Source: Fidelibacterota bacterium (GTDB lineage Bacteria > Fidelibacterota > Marinisomatia > Marinisomatales > TCS55). From it: a stretch of 64,000 nt of DNA. The translations under genes and the position numbers were made by a program. Positions 43,696-54,250 of this stretch are shown one piece after another (the stretch's first letter is position 1; every line of letters starts with the position of its first letter). The stretch lies in contig JAYZHP010000081.1 in assembly GCA_036166415.1 (NCBI GenBank), positions 688 to 64,687 of the forward strand. Reading direction: 5' to 3'. The notes beneath the pieces were generated by a model. That model made no database searches and had not been told where the DNA came from. It saw nothing but the letters and a program-made list of their open reading frames with translations.

Positions 43696-45888
43696 TCATC
43701 TTAAATCAAATAATTGACTGTATTTTATAATTAGTGATTTTGATTTAGAATCAATTGGAATACCATCATAATCCTCCATTTGGTTATAGACAATATATAA
43801 ACCAGAACCTGCGGACTGTTGAAGAATAAATCTCCAGTTAATAGAACTTACGCCTGATTGATTATTATATTGCAAAAGCGCCTGTAGGTACATCTTTGGA
43901 GAAAAAGCATAGGTTAATCTCGCTCGTGAAAGATACGTTTTGAAATCTCCTTGAGGAAGTGTAACGCTATTATAATTATAACTGAATTCAGAATTAAAAC
44001 GATCACCAAATCTCACCTTAAGAGTAGGCCTAGTATTCAATCTATCTCCACCAAAAAACCCTCCAATTCTATTCATTGCACTCAAACTAATAAAATTAGT
44101 TTGAGGTGTTGTTATATAGAACTGCCCCTCTATTTCATCGTATGTTCCAACTGGAACAGAAATTTGCTTATCTGAATTAATTAAAAATTCTTCTAATAAT
44201 CCCTCTTTAATAAAATTTACGCCTGTATGAAATTCATAACCAGATCTAAACTCAAAATGACTATCCACATGCAATTTACCACTTTCATGAAAACCATCTA
44301 ATTTCCAAAAACCATCATAATTGGTATGGGGTCGAACTTCTAATAAGCCAAACAGGTCATCTGGTCGTAATCTGGTGAAGATTCTACCGGACCATTTTCT
44401 ATACCCTCCGGTTCGTTTTAAAAATCCCATTTCAGGATTAAAACTTTCACCAATCTCAGTATAAGAAAGGACAGTTTCAACTTGCTTGCCATTTCTACTG
44501 GCTCTAAGGCGATAAGAATAGGCTTTATCTTTTTCTAAATCTGGAGTATTAGATGTTGCAATAAATCCATCTAATTGACCTAATTGACCAATGCCTAATT
44601 GACCATCAAGCGCATAAACCTGATTAGAATAACCATTGCTATTTAGATTAAGAAGATTCGTGGCCATAGCACCAAAAAAGGTTCTATTTGGCATCTCTTT
44701 TTTAACTCGAAAGATAGAAAATTCTTCTGATTGAGTACTCATTGATAGTAAACCAATTCGCATATTTGAAAATGTACCAGTAAGCCTTCCACCTGCAGTA
44801 ATTGGAATTTGCTGGCCATCATTCCCTATTCCAATTCTTCTACTAAAAAACATTGAAAGCTCTGAACCTCCGCGATCAGCTTCTCCGATTGAAAATAAAC
44901 CTGCGTTTTCTAGGAAGAAGGCTCTTTTTTCTGGGAAGAAAAGACTAAATCTGTCCAAATTGATTTGCTGCTCATCTGCTTCTGCTTGAGCAAAATCAGT
45001 ATTGTATGTCACATCTAAAGTAAGGCTAGATCCAATATTTATTTTTCCATCAAATCCGATATCACTATCATTAGAGTTATTGCTAGTTGAGTCTGATACG
45101 ACATTTGTTTGGCCAAGCACATAGGGTATAAATTTATAACTCCTTGAAGAGGGAATATTGATTCCCACTAGCTGTCCAGCAGATAATAATCGGTTAATTG
45201 TGAATTGTCGTGAAATTTGTGACCACTGGGCTTTTTCTTGATTGCTACTAATAACACGTTGGAAGTTTATACCCCAAGTTTGATCTTCTTTTGAATTATA
45301 TCTTAATGTTTTTAGCGGAATTACAAATTCAGTACTCCAACCGAAATCACCTATGAATGACTTGACATTCCATGCAGCATCCCAATTGATATTATAACCA
45401 CCAGCAGCGCCAGTTGAAAATCTTCTACTAATTGATCCGCCTTCGCCTCCTTTTGTGATTTGTGCATCATATTCTATTCCCGCTGCATTTGTTCCAAAAG
45501 CATAACCATTTTGAAAATCTCTAAATGTATCTAAAATAAATATAAAGCTATCCATATCATCTAATGGTGAATCTCTTCTAGCATCAGAGATAATTATTTT
45601 TTCTGGCTCGTTATGATAGCAAATCGCAGCAACATATAAATTATCATCAGAAAACATAATTTTAACTTCTGTTCTTTCTGTTGCAGGCTTTCCCTCATCA
45701 GGTGACTGCTGAATAAATCCTGTTGCTGGGATAATATTTTTCCAAGCTGGGTCATCAATAACCCTTCCATCAATATTTGGAACGATTTCAGCTTTTATTG
45801 CATTAATCGTATTTTTTTCCAATGCAATATTTTGCCCAAAAATAGACTGTACAAAAAAAATGAATAAATAATACCGGTATAATTTCAT
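43696..45888 (-). CDS. CBM9-like + DUF5916 outer-membrane-associated protein
   Basis: A signal peptide is followed by an N-terminal IDGRVIDDPAW...FIQQSPDEGKPATERTEVKIMFSDDNLYVAA...DSFIFILDTFRD pattern. The C-terminal part is long and beta-rich and ends in an aromatic-rich tail. Confidence 0.7.
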   Translation of the reverse strand: MKLYRYYLFIFFVQSIFGQNIALEKNTINAIKAEIVPNIDGRVIDDPAWKNIIPATGFIQQSPDEGKPATERTEVKIMFSDDNLYVAAICYHNEPEKIIISDARRDSPLDDMDSFIFILDTFRDFQNGYAFGTNAAGIEYDAQITKGGEGGSISRRFSTGAAGGYNINWDAAWNVKSFIGDFGWSTEFVIPLKTLRYNSKEDQTWGINFQRVISSNQEKAQWSQISRQFTINRLLSAGQLVGINIPSSRSYKFIPYVLGQTNVVSDSTSNNSNDSDIGFDGKINIGSSLTLDVTYNTDFAQAEADEQQINLDRFSLFFPEKRAFFLENAGLFSIGEADRGGSELSMFFSRRIGIGNDGQQIPITAGGRLTGTFSNMRIGLLSMSTQSEEFSIFRVKKEMPNRTFFGAMATNLLNLNSNGYSNQVYALDGQLGIGQLGQLDGFIATSNTPDLEKDKAYSYRLRASRNGKQVETVLSYTEIGESFNPEMGFLKRTGGYRKWSGRIFTRLRPDDLFGLLEVRPHTNYDGFWKLDGFHESGKLHVDSHFEFRSGYEFHTGVNFIKEGLLEEFLINSDKQISVPVGTYDEIEGQFYITTPQTNFISLSAMNRIGGFFGGDRLNTRPTLKVRFGDRFNSEFSYNYNSVTLPQGDFKTYLSRARLTYAFSPKMYLQALLQYNNQSGVSSINWRFILQQSAGSGLYIVYNQMEDYDGIPIDSKSKSLIIKYSQLFDLR

Positions 45889-45896
45889 TAATTCAT

Positions 45897-46181
45897 CTAT
45901 TCTTTATATAGTTCTTCAGTTAGTTTAGCCATATTAAGACATTTTTTAGTTACACCGCCCAAGTCATGAGAGGTATAATTTACTTCTACGGAACACCATC
46001 CAATCAAAATGTCTGGGTGATGATTTTGCTTCTCAGCAATTAAAGCTATAGCATGAACAAATTCAATACCATCCATATATGAATCAAAAGTGTATTTTCT
46101 AGATATTGAATTATTATTATAATTCCATTTAATCAAAACATCTAGCTCTTGATCTATTTTATTTTTATCTATAAGGCTCAT
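45897..46181 (-). CDS. phhB: 4a-hydroxytetrahydrobiopterin (pterin-4a-carbinolamine) dehydratase
   Basis: 94 aa with the EKQNHHPDI motif. Confidence 0.85.
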   Translation of the reverse strand: MSLIDKNKIDQELDVLIKWNYNNNSISRKYTFDSYMDGIEFVHAIALIAEKQNHHPDILIGWCSVEVNYTSHDLGGVTKKCLNMAKLTEELYKE

Positions 46182-46197
46182 TGATTTAATTCTAAAG

Positions 46198-47556
46198 CTA
46201 TGCTATTGAAAGCTTCCTAAAGGTATTTATAACCCATACTATCGAAATAATAGTAGCAAAAATACCAGAAATAAACATACTATACCAAATCCATTCTACA
46301 GGCCTATTCTGAATGAAAGTAAAATAATAAGCTAATGGCCCAGCAACTCCAATAACCCTAATAGTTGTAATGATAAGAGATGGCATTCCTTGTCCAAGGC
46401 CTTGCAATATCCTACCAATGGTCAGACCAATAGAAATAAATGGAAACAATATTGAGATAATTCTTAAGTAATCTATAGATATTCTTTGTATTAGTGGATC
46501 TGCAGTAAAAATACTAATAACAATTGGGGCAAAAATATATAATATGACAGAGCATATACTGGTAATAATCAATGAGCTTTTTATACCATACCAAGATATA
46601 AGCCTAATTTTGCTTATTTCATTTGCACCATAGAACATTCCTACCATAGTAGTAAGTGCTGAGGCAATTCCAAAGATTGGGAGAAACACTAACATATCTA
46701 TTCTTCCGCCAATCTGATAAGCAGCTACCGCATTCGTGGAATAATTTACAAGCAATCGATTGAATACTAACTGACCAATTGCCATTACGACCATTGACAT
46801 TGATACTGGAATTCCAACTTTAATTATATCAAAAATAATGTAAGTGGATAGAGAAAAATCTTTGAGCTTAAACTTAATATAGGTGTGATGTTTAATAAAT
46901 AACATATAAACAAAAATAAACCAAACAATTATTTGACTAATTGTTGTTGCCCAAGCTGCACCAACGACTCCATAGTCAAGATAAAAAATGAATATTGGAT
47001 CAAGGATTGTGTTTAAAATTGTACCTAATCCTGCAATGATCATTGGTAGCTTCATTTCGCCTTCACCTGCAAGGATGGATCTAAAAAAGCCGGAAAAGAC
47101 ACCAAAAGAGATACCGTAACAACTAACTCTTAAATAGCTCCAAGCTTGTGGCAAAACTTCCTGAGTACAGCCCATAAATGTTAATATCTGCTCTCCATAG
47201 ATTAATCCAAGGGATGTAAGTATTGCGCTAATCAATAGCGCCATCACTACGGCATGTTCAGCAGAATTATCTGCATTAACCTTATCATCTGCGCCAATAA
47301 ACCTTGCTATAGATGCAGTAACTCCATTTCCTAAGCCAAATGAAAGGCCCATTACAAGGAAAAAGATAGGCATGTTAAATGCAACTGCAGCAATGGCATC
47401 GCCACCAAGCCTGCCAATAAATATCATATCAATGATTGTATACAGTGTTTGAATGCCCATCCCTGCCATTATTGGAATTGCTAAGCTCCACATCGACTTT
47501 GAAGGGTTTTTTAAAAATGATTCTAACGGGGTCTTTCTTTGATCAGTATTTTTCAT
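46198..47556 (-). CDS. MATE family efflux transporter
   Basis: 452 aa, 12 TM segments, with the N-terminal MWSLAIPIMAGMGIQTLYTIIDMIFIGRLG block. Confidence 0.85.
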   Translation of the reverse strand: MKNTDQRKTPLESFLKNPSKSMWSLAIPIMAGMGIQTLYTIIDMIFIGRLGGDAIAAVAFNMPIFFLVMGLSFGLGNGVTASIARFIGADDKVNADNSAEHAVVMALLISAILTSLGLIYGEQILTFMGCTQEVLPQAWSYLRVSCYGISFGVFSGFFRSILAGEGEMKLPMIIAGLGTILNTILDPIFIFYLDYGVVGAAWATTISQIIVWFIFVYMLFIKHHTYIKFKLKDFSLSTYIIFDIIKVGIPVSMSMVVMAIGQLVFNRLLVNYSTNAVAAYQIGGRIDMLVFLPIFGIASALTTMVGMFYGANEISKIRLISWYGIKSSLIITSICSVILYIFAPIVISIFTADPLIQRISIDYLRIISILFPFISIGLTIGRILQGLGQGMPSLIITTIRVIGVAGPLAYYFTFIQNRPVEWIWYSMFISGIFATIISIVWVINTFRKLSIA

Positions 47557-47623
47557 TATTGAATAATCAATGAGTTGAGATAGCGCTAATTTATAAGATA
47601 AAAACTGTATTCTTCAGACTAAT

Positions 47624-49414
47624 TTAGAATGGCCAAATAATTGGAATAATCAATACGGCTAGAATCCAAAAAGTAAGGGCCAGCGGGATACCAGTTCTCA
47701 TATAATCTGAAAATCTATACCCACCTGGACCATATACCATTAAATTGGTCTGATAGCCCACCGGGGTACTAAAAGATGCTGATGCAGCGAAACAAACACC
47801 AAAAATAAATGGCCTTGGATCTAGTTGCATATCAGCAGTGATTGCTATAACAATTGGGGTCATAATAATTGCAGTCGCTGTATTGGAAGAGACTTCTGTC
47901 ATAACCATGGTTACAAAATAGACTAAAGCAAATAATACATATGGCTGCATAGAAGGAGAAAAATTATCTACGAACTGGGTAATCGAGCTAGCAATATAGG
48001 ATGCTGTACCAGAAGATTGAATAACAATACCAAGCGGAATCAATGCAGCGATTAATACAATAACCTGCCAATGAATAGATTCATATGCTTCATTTGGAGA
48101 GATTACCCTAAATATCATTAACACTACGGCACTAATCAAAGCTCCTTTTAAAATTGGTAAAACCCCAATCGCAGCAAGCAATATAGTTAATACTATTGAA
48201 ACTATACTAATCCACCAAAATCGTACTTTTACTAAATCAGCCTGCATTTCACCAAGTAAAATAAATTTACCTGATTTAGCAAGTTCTGAGATTTGTCTTT
48301 TTCCTCCATAAATGAGTAAGGTGTCATATGTATGCAAAACAACATGGGCAATTTTCTTTCGAATAATTAATCCTTCTCTTCTTATAGCAAGAATAAACGC
48401 TCCAAATCTTTTTCTAAAATTTGCCTCCCGAAGCGTCTTTCCTATTATATCAGATTGATCAGATACCATACACTCCACTAGAATATTATCATCTTGCTCT
48501 AGCTCTGCTTGAGTTAATTTTTCATCAGTAAGGAGCGTGACTTTCTCCACTTCCTTCATCCGTAAAAAACTTTCAACGGACCCTTTGACAAATAGTATAT
48601 CTCCAACTTTCAATTTTTGTCTTCCGACATTATAAGTTATAAGTCTACCATCACGCTGAATATCAAGAACAATGACGTCATAGCTTTGGTTAACATTGCG
48701 CTCTTGACAAGTAGACCCAACCAAAGGGGAATCATTAGAAATTTTCATCTCTGTTAAGTATCCAGCCATATGATAGCTTTGTGTCAAGCTTGAAGTAACA
48801 GTGCGTGAAGGTAGAATTTTAGGTGCAATCCATAAAACATAAATCAGACCGACAATCAGTGTTACCCATCCATATTTTGCAAACTCAAACATTCCAAGCG
48901 GGCTTCCACCATTTTCAATATAAATTGCATTAACAATCAAATTCGTTGATGTGCCAACAAGGGTAAGGGTTCCACCCATGATTGCTGCATAACTAAGTGG
49001 AATTAATAGCTTTGATGGACTCATATGGTATTGATGGGCTAATCGAATTGTTACAGGCATAAATACTGCCACGATCGCTGTATTATTCATTAACGCACTT
49101 GCGAAAGCAATGGTTAATAAATATACACCTAACCCAAGATTGCGTGACTGCGATACAAGCTTATTTATCCTTACAATAAGATATTCTAATACGCGAGTCT
49201 TTTGAAGTCCTTGACTTAGTATAAACAATAAGCAAATTGTAATTACCGCAGGGTTAGAAAAGCCAGAAATAGCTTCTTCTACAGTTAAAAATCCGCCAGT
49301 AAATAAGATAGTTAATATGAGGAGTGCTGTTACATCAAGGCTAAATTTTTCAGTAACAAAAAGGATGAAGGCCAATAATATTAGGCCAAGCACAAATACT
49401 ATTTCAAAAGTCAT
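47624..49414 (-). CDS. SLC13/DASS-type permease with two central TrkA-C (RCK_C) domains
   Basis: 596 aa. The polytopic halves are separated by two soluble repeats (LVGSTCQERNV...DIQRDG and IIGKTLREANFRKRFGAFILAIRREG). Confidence 0.8.
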   Translation of the reverse strand: MTFEIVFVLGLILLAFILFVTEKFSLDVTALLILTILFTGGFLTVEEAISGFSNPAVITICLLFILSQGLQKTRVLEYLIVRINKLVSQSRNLGLGVYLLTIAFASALMNNTAIVAVFMPVTIRLAHQYHMSPSKLLIPLSYAAIMGGTLTLVGTSTNLIVNAIYIENGGSPLGMFEFAKYGWVTLIVGLIYVLWIAPKILPSRTVTSSLTQSYHMAGYLTEMKISNDSPLVGSTCQERNVNQSYDVIVLDIQRDGRLITYNVGRQKLKVGDILFVKGSVESFLRMKEVEKVTLLTDEKLTQAELEQDDNILVECMVSDQSDIIGKTLREANFRKRFGAFILAIRREGLIIRKKIAHVVLHTYDTLLIYGGKRQISELAKSGKFILLGEMQADLVKVRFWWISIVSIVLTILLAAIGVLPILKGALISAVVLMIFRVISPNEAYESIHWQVIVLIAALIPLGIVIQSSGTASYIASSITQFVDNFSPSMQPYVLFALVYFVTMVMTEVSSNTATAIIMTPIVIAITADMQLDPRPFIFGVCFAASASFSTPVGYQTNLMVYGPGGYRFSDYMRTGIPLALTFWILAVLIIPIIWPF

Positions 49415-49430
49415 TTCTTAAATTTTCTAA

Positions 49431-51116
49431 TTATATATTGACTTCATCAATTTGTTCAGGCTCTAAAAACCCCTTAGCATACTTCATATAAATCTTTTGT
49501 TTAACAAAAATATCAAAGAGATCTACATCGATATGTGCATCATCTTTCATGAAGCCTAATATTCGCATGGCCTGACTTAATGTCTTACCTTTTTTATATG
49601 GCCTATCACGAGCAGTTAAGGCTTCAAAAATGTCTGCAATTGCCATGATGCGTGCCTGAATTGACATTTCTTCTTTCGTAAGGCCTTTAGGATAGCCCGT
49701 TCCATCAAGTTTTTCATGATGTCCTCCAGCAAATTCGGGAATATTCTTTAAGTGCTTTGGATAGGGGAGCTCATCAAGCATATTAATTGTTACAACAATA
49801 TGGTCATTGATAACCTGTCTTTCTTCGGGAGTAAGAGTACCTCTTGGTATAGTTAGATTATAGATCTCATCTTCAGAAAGAAAATTTTGCATCTTTCCAT
49901 TTGGTTTCCAGCGATATTGCGCAATTTCATGAATTCTTTGTTTTTTATCATCAGACATGAATTCCCCACCAACATTTGACTCTTGGACAAAGGAAAGGTC
50001 ATTTTTAATCTTTCTAATTGTTTTGCGATAATCCTTTTTTAGCATATCCATCTTCTTTTTCTTGTCTTTATGGCTTAAGGATTCATCTCGTTCAATTAGT
50101 AATTCTTTTTTTAATCTTTTTATCTCATGATCACGCTGAAGAACAGCAAAGCGCGTTTCAACTTCATTGATTCGATCATAGATGGTTTCAAGTTTTGTAG
50201 ATTTATCTACCACAAATTCAGGAGTTGCCACCTTGCCGCAATCGTGTAGCCATGCTGCAATCTTTAGCTCATACATTTCCTGATCAGATAATTTAAAATC
50301 AGCAAAAGGCCCAGATTTTGTTTTTTGAACAGCATCAGCTAGCAACATCGTTATTTCAGGAACTCTTTCACAATGTCCGCCGGTATAGGGAGATTTTGCA
50401 TCAATCGCTGAAGCTATCAGTTTAATAAATGATTCAAATAAATTCTCGAGGTCTTTAATAAGATTTTTATTCGTAATAGCTACTGCAGCTTGACTTGCAA
50501 GGGCCTCAACCTTGCCTTGAATATCTGAACTAAATTCAATGATTTTTTTGGATTTGTTTGTTTGCGCATTTAAAAGTTGTAATACTCCAATAATTTCATC
50601 TTCATGGTTCTTTAAGGGAACGGTTAAAAATGATTTTGAATGATATCCTGTTTTTTCATCAAACATTTTTGTTCCAGAAAAATCAAAACCTTCTGCCTTG
50701 TATGCATCTTGAATATTCACTGTTTCTCCAGAAAGTCCAACATATGCAGCCACCATAGAGTTATTTGGCTCACCCTCATCATCAAATAATTTTACAGGAT
50801 AAAAAGGTATATCCTCACCTGAAGTTCCACCCATATGGAAATTGAGAGAATCGGTCATCATAATTTCAAATTTTAACCGTTTGTCATCAGTCATCATGTA
50901 CAAGGTTCCTCCATCGGAGTTTGAAATACGTTTCGCCTCTAACAAAATCATCTCTAGCAATTTAGACATATCTCTTTCTTTTGATAGCGCTAAACCTATC
51001 TGTGCCAAATTGCTAATCTGTTCTTCTAGATCAGTAATATACGCATGGACCGCCTTTGGTGCGCTTACAAGATATTTTGCTACTTCTGTCGTGGAGTATG
51101 TTTGTTTTTTTGTCAT
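49431..51116 (-). CDS. GAF-domain HD-GYP phosphodiesterase
   Basis: An N-terminal GAF-like domain is followed by the HD motif (AAWLHDCGKV) and HHEKLDGTGYPKGL. Confidence 0.85.
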   Translation of the reverse strand: MTKKQTYSTTEVAKYLVSAPKAVHAYITDLEEQISNLAQIGLALSKERDMSKLLEMILLEAKRISNSDGGTLYMMTDDKRLKFEIMMTDSLNFHMGGTSGEDIPFYPVKLFDDEGEPNNSMVAAYVGLSGETVNIQDAYKAEGFDFSGTKMFDEKTGYHSKSFLTVPLKNHEDEIIGVLQLLNAQTNKSKKIIEFSSDIQGKVEALASQAAVAITNKNLIKDLENLFESFIKLIASAIDAKSPYTGGHCERVPEITMLLADAVQKTKSGPFADFKLSDQEMYELKIAAWLHDCGKVATPEFVVDKSTKLETIYDRINEVETRFAVLQRDHEIKRLKKELLIERDESLSHKDKKKKMDMLKKDYRKTIRKIKNDLSFVQESNVGGEFMSDDKKQRIHEIAQYRWKPNGKMQNFLSEDEIYNLTIPRGTLTPEERQVINDHIVVTINMLDELPYPKHLKNIPEFAGGHHEKLDGTGYPKGLTKEEMSIQARIMAIADIFEALTARDRPYKKGKTLSQAMRILGFMKDDAHIDVDLFDIFVKQKIYMKYAKGFLEPEQIDEVNI

Positions 51117-51201
51117 TGAATACGCTTAAAAGTAATATATACTAACTTACTGAAAGATTCTAGATTGAACAACTATATGATTATTAACATAATAATTGAG
51201 A

Positions 51202-51720
51202 TCAATAAAGCATTAAATAAATTACAACACCTGTAACCGACACGTAGAGCCAAAGTGGAAGAGTAATTTTTGCAATTTTTCTATGCAAAACAAGATTATC
51301 TGTCCATCCTCTATAAAGAGTCAGTAAAGCCAGCGGTATAATGATTGTTGCTAAGATAATATGCGTCAATAGGATGATATAATAAATTAGTGTATACTCA
51401 CCTAGATATTGCTTAGGCCCCGCTTTAAACCAGTGGTAAATAATGTAGCTGACCAGAAATGCAGCTGAGGTTGCAAACGAAACAAGCATTACATTTTTAT
51501 GCAACCTACGTTTTTTCTGAATAATTAATATATACCCAAGAACAAGTAGCGCAGTGGTTAAAGCATTTAGGCTTGCATTGACTGTTGGTAGTGCAGAGAC
51601 ATCTAATGAACCATTAATTCCATCCGGCCTTGGGCCCAAAATAAGAAAGGCCACTGCCCCAGAAATAATTATGGATACTATATAAATTATCTTTATCCAA
51701 AAATTATCTTTCCTATTCAT
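51202..51720 (-). CDS. DUF420 (CtaM-like) membrane protein
   Basis: 172 aa, 4 TM segments, in the last position of the oxidase biogenesis operon. It overlaps the sco stop by 4 nt. Confidence 0.6.
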   Translation of the reverse strand: MNRKDNFWIKIIYIVSIIISGAVAFLILGPRPDGINGSLDVSALPTVNASLNALTTALLVLGYILIIQKKRRLHKNVMLVSFATSAAFLVSYIIYHWFKAGPKQYLGEYTLIYYIILLTHIILATIIIPLALLTLYRGWTDNLVLHRKIAKITLPLWLYVSVTGVVIYLMLY

Positions 51721-52301
51721 GAATTCTGCTTGAGTAAGCTATTAATGTCTTTTTTAAGTTTTTTCATATCTTCGGTTTTCATGCCATTGTAGTACGCTCT
51801 AATCATGCCCGACCTATCAACTAAAGCAAATTTCTCACTATGAAAAATTATGTCTTCATAATCCCCTATCTTAAACCCGTCTTTGATTACCTCTTGAACA
51901 GTACCTTCTTCGCCAGTTAAAAAATACCATCGATTAGTATCTGCATTATATTGTGCGGCGTATTTTGTTAAGACCTCTGGTGTGTCATATTCAGGATATA
52001 CTGAAATTGAAACCAATCTTACATCATCATTTTGTTTATATTTTTTATGAATAATATTCATGTTCCCAGTCATGATTGGGCATGCCATATTGCAGGTTGT
52101 AAAAATAAAATCAGCAACCCAAACCTTACCTTTTAAGCTAGTCAGAGTTATAGTTTCTCCTTCGCTATTAACGAATTCAAAGTCAGGAATATTTCCTATT
52201 ACAGGTAGGCTATTCTCTGGTTCAGAGTTTTTTAATAAATATGTAGCAATTAACAATGCGGCTATGGCTATATATATTTTTATTCTTGTGTTTTGATTCA
52301 T
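51717..52301 (-). CDS. SCO1/SenC copper chaperone
   Basis: Membrane anchor plus a thioredoxin fold with FTTCNMACP (CxxxCP). Confidence 0.85.
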   Translation of the reverse strand: MNQNTRIKIYIAIAALLIATYLLKNSEPENSLPVIGNIPDFEFVNSEGETITLTSLKGKVWVADFIFTTCNMACPIMTGNMNIIHKKYKQNDDVRLVSISVYPEYDTPEVLTKYAAQYNADTNRWYFLTGEEGTVQEVIKDGFKIGDYEDIIFHSEKFALVDRSGMIRAYYNGMKTEDMKKLKKDINSLLKQNS

Positions 52302-53185
52302 GATGTAACCCCTAAATCAATTATGATAATTAATAATAATATTGGTAAATAAAAAACAGACGCTTTAAGCAAAAGTAATGCGCTTTTATTTGATCTATTT
52401 CGAGCTAATGGCAATGCAGAAATAAAAAAAGCAGAAGTTATGATAATCACGCCAAACAAATATATTATTCCAAGAGACCCCTGAATAACTGGAATAATTG
52501 AAATTGGAATCATCAAAAGCAAATGCCAAAATATTTGACGCATAGTACGATTACCTTCTGGCTCTAATACGGGAAGCATTTTCAAATTTGCTTCAGCATA
52601 ATCTTTTCTACACATCCATGCTATCGCATAAAAATGAGGATGTTGCCAAAGATACATTATTCCAAATAATACCCATGCCATTGATCCAATAGTTCCGGTA
52701 GATGCTGTCCAGCCCCCAATTATTGGTAATGCTCCGGGTATTGATCCAATCGATGTATTAAGCCATGTAACTTTTTTTAATGGTGTGTATATCACTATAT
52801 ATAAAAATGAAGTAAGAAGCGCTATAAATCCCGTAAGAATATTAATCAATGAGACAAGAAGCATGGTTCCAAATAAGACCATCAGGACTCCATAGATCAT
52901 GACCTCGGATGGAGAAATTAAGCCTGCGGGCAAGGGTCTATTTTTTGTTCGCATCATTCGTTTATCGGTTTCACGTTCCATATAATGATTAAGTGCGCCA
53001 GAACCAGAAGCAGTCATGGCAGTCCCAATGAGGGTAATCAGTAAATGCTTCCAAGAGCTTATTCCCTCAGCACCAAGATAATAACCAAGAAAAGTAGCAA
53101 TCAAAACAAGCGATAGTATATTCAGTTTGCTCAGCTCTAAATAAATACTAATCTTTGATTTGGCTTTTTCTTTAACAAGCTTCAA
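52298..53185 (-). CDS. ctaB: protohaem IX farnesyltransferase (haem O synthase)
   Basis: UbiA-family protein with NHYMERETDKRMMRTKNRPLP, and its place next to ctaA. Confidence 0.9.
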   Translation of the reverse strand: MKLVKEKAKSKISIYLELSKLNILSLVLIATFLGYYLGAEGISSWKHLLITLIGTAMTASGSGALNHYMERETDKRMMRTKNRPLPAGLISPSEVMIYGVLMVLFGTMLLVSLINILTGFIALLTSFLYIVIYTPLKKVTWLNTSIGSIPGALPIIGGWTASTGTIGSMAWVLFGIMYLWQHPHFYAIAWMCRKDYAEANLKMLPVLEPEGNRTMRQIFWHLLLMIPISIIPVIQGSLGIIYLFGVIIITSAFFISALPLARNRSNKSALLLLKASVFYLPILLLIIIIDLGVTS

Positions 53186-54168
53186 AAGCTTAATTCCTTT
53201 AATTTATTTGACTGAGTAAATATTACAAACATTGTACAGCAACCAAGTAGTGCAGCCCCATTGACTACATGGAAACTGGCTATATAGGGCATACGCTCAG
53301 ATAAAACAGTTACGGCTCCTAGGATAATTTGAATAAATAAAATTATTGAAATCATAATCAACATCTTTAATTCCATAGAATTCTTTTTAACAATTTTCCC
53401 AAATTTATAAATAAAGAAAGACAATACTAAAGTGATTATAATAGCACCCAAACGGTGTAAAAAATGAATGGTGACTTGCCACTTTGAAACCATATCTAAA
53501 TTCTTATCAAATAACTCAGCATTAATATTATCTATCATAATATCAGAAAAAGTAGGAATCCACATACCCCCCATTGTAGGAAAATCAGGAATGGCAAGAC
53601 CGGATGCTGTATGTCGCATTAAAGCGCCTAAAATTAATTGAATATAAACCATGGCAGTTAGTATTACTGCACCACGTTTAATAGATAATGGATAATTAAT
53701 ATTGTTTCTATGGCTTCTAATAGATGAAAGGCTGTAAGCAATAAATATCGTTGAAACAAAAAATGTCTGCGCAAGTATTCCATGAACAATTGAAATTGGT
53801 GCCGGTAAAAAGAATAGCACTGTCATTCCACCAAGCAGTCCTTGAATGACAACTAATAAAAGAGCAAAAAAACCCATTTTTTTTATCCATAATGGTTGAT
53901 TTGAAAAACCTAATAAAATTGACTGAACTAAAGTCAAAAACCCAACTATGGTTGCAAAAAGTCTATGGCCATGTTCATAAAATATTCCACCAACCATTTC
54001 AGAAACTGGAAAGGAAAACATTTGTTTGCCATAGGATGTTGGCCAGTCTGGCACAGATAATCCGACTTCATGACTTTTAACTAATGCGCCGACAAAAATT
54101 AAAAATAATGTAGATATTACAACTAACTTTGACAAGCGCCTAAGGCTGGAGTCAACTAATGATTGCAT
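53182..54168 (-). CDS. ctaA: haem A synthase (COX15/CtaA)
   Basis: 328 aa, 8 TM segments, with conserved His pairs (YEHGHRLFA, FLHRLGA), positioned between coxB and ctaB. Confidence 0.8.
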   Translation of the reverse strand: MQSLVDSSLRRLSKLVVISTLFLIFVGALVKSHEVGLSVPDWPTSYGKQMFSFPVSEMVGGIFYEHGHRLFATIVGFLTLVQSILLGFSNQPLWIKKMGFFALLLVVIQGLLGGMTVLFFLPAPISIVHGILAQTFFVSTIFIAYSLSSIRSHRNNINYPLSIKRGAVILTAMVYIQLILGALMRHTASGLAIPDFPTMGGMWIPTFSDIMIDNINAELFDKNLDMVSKWQVTIHFLHRLGAIIITLVLSFFIYKFGKIVKKNSMELKMLIMISIILFIQIILGAVTVLSERMPYIASFHVVNGAALLGCCTMFVIFTQSNKLKELSF

Positions 54169-54250
54169 GAATAAATTATATCTATTAATAATTAATGTAA
54201 AAATTGGATGTCAAACAAAAGTTTGACTTAATATAAATTAATTATATGAC

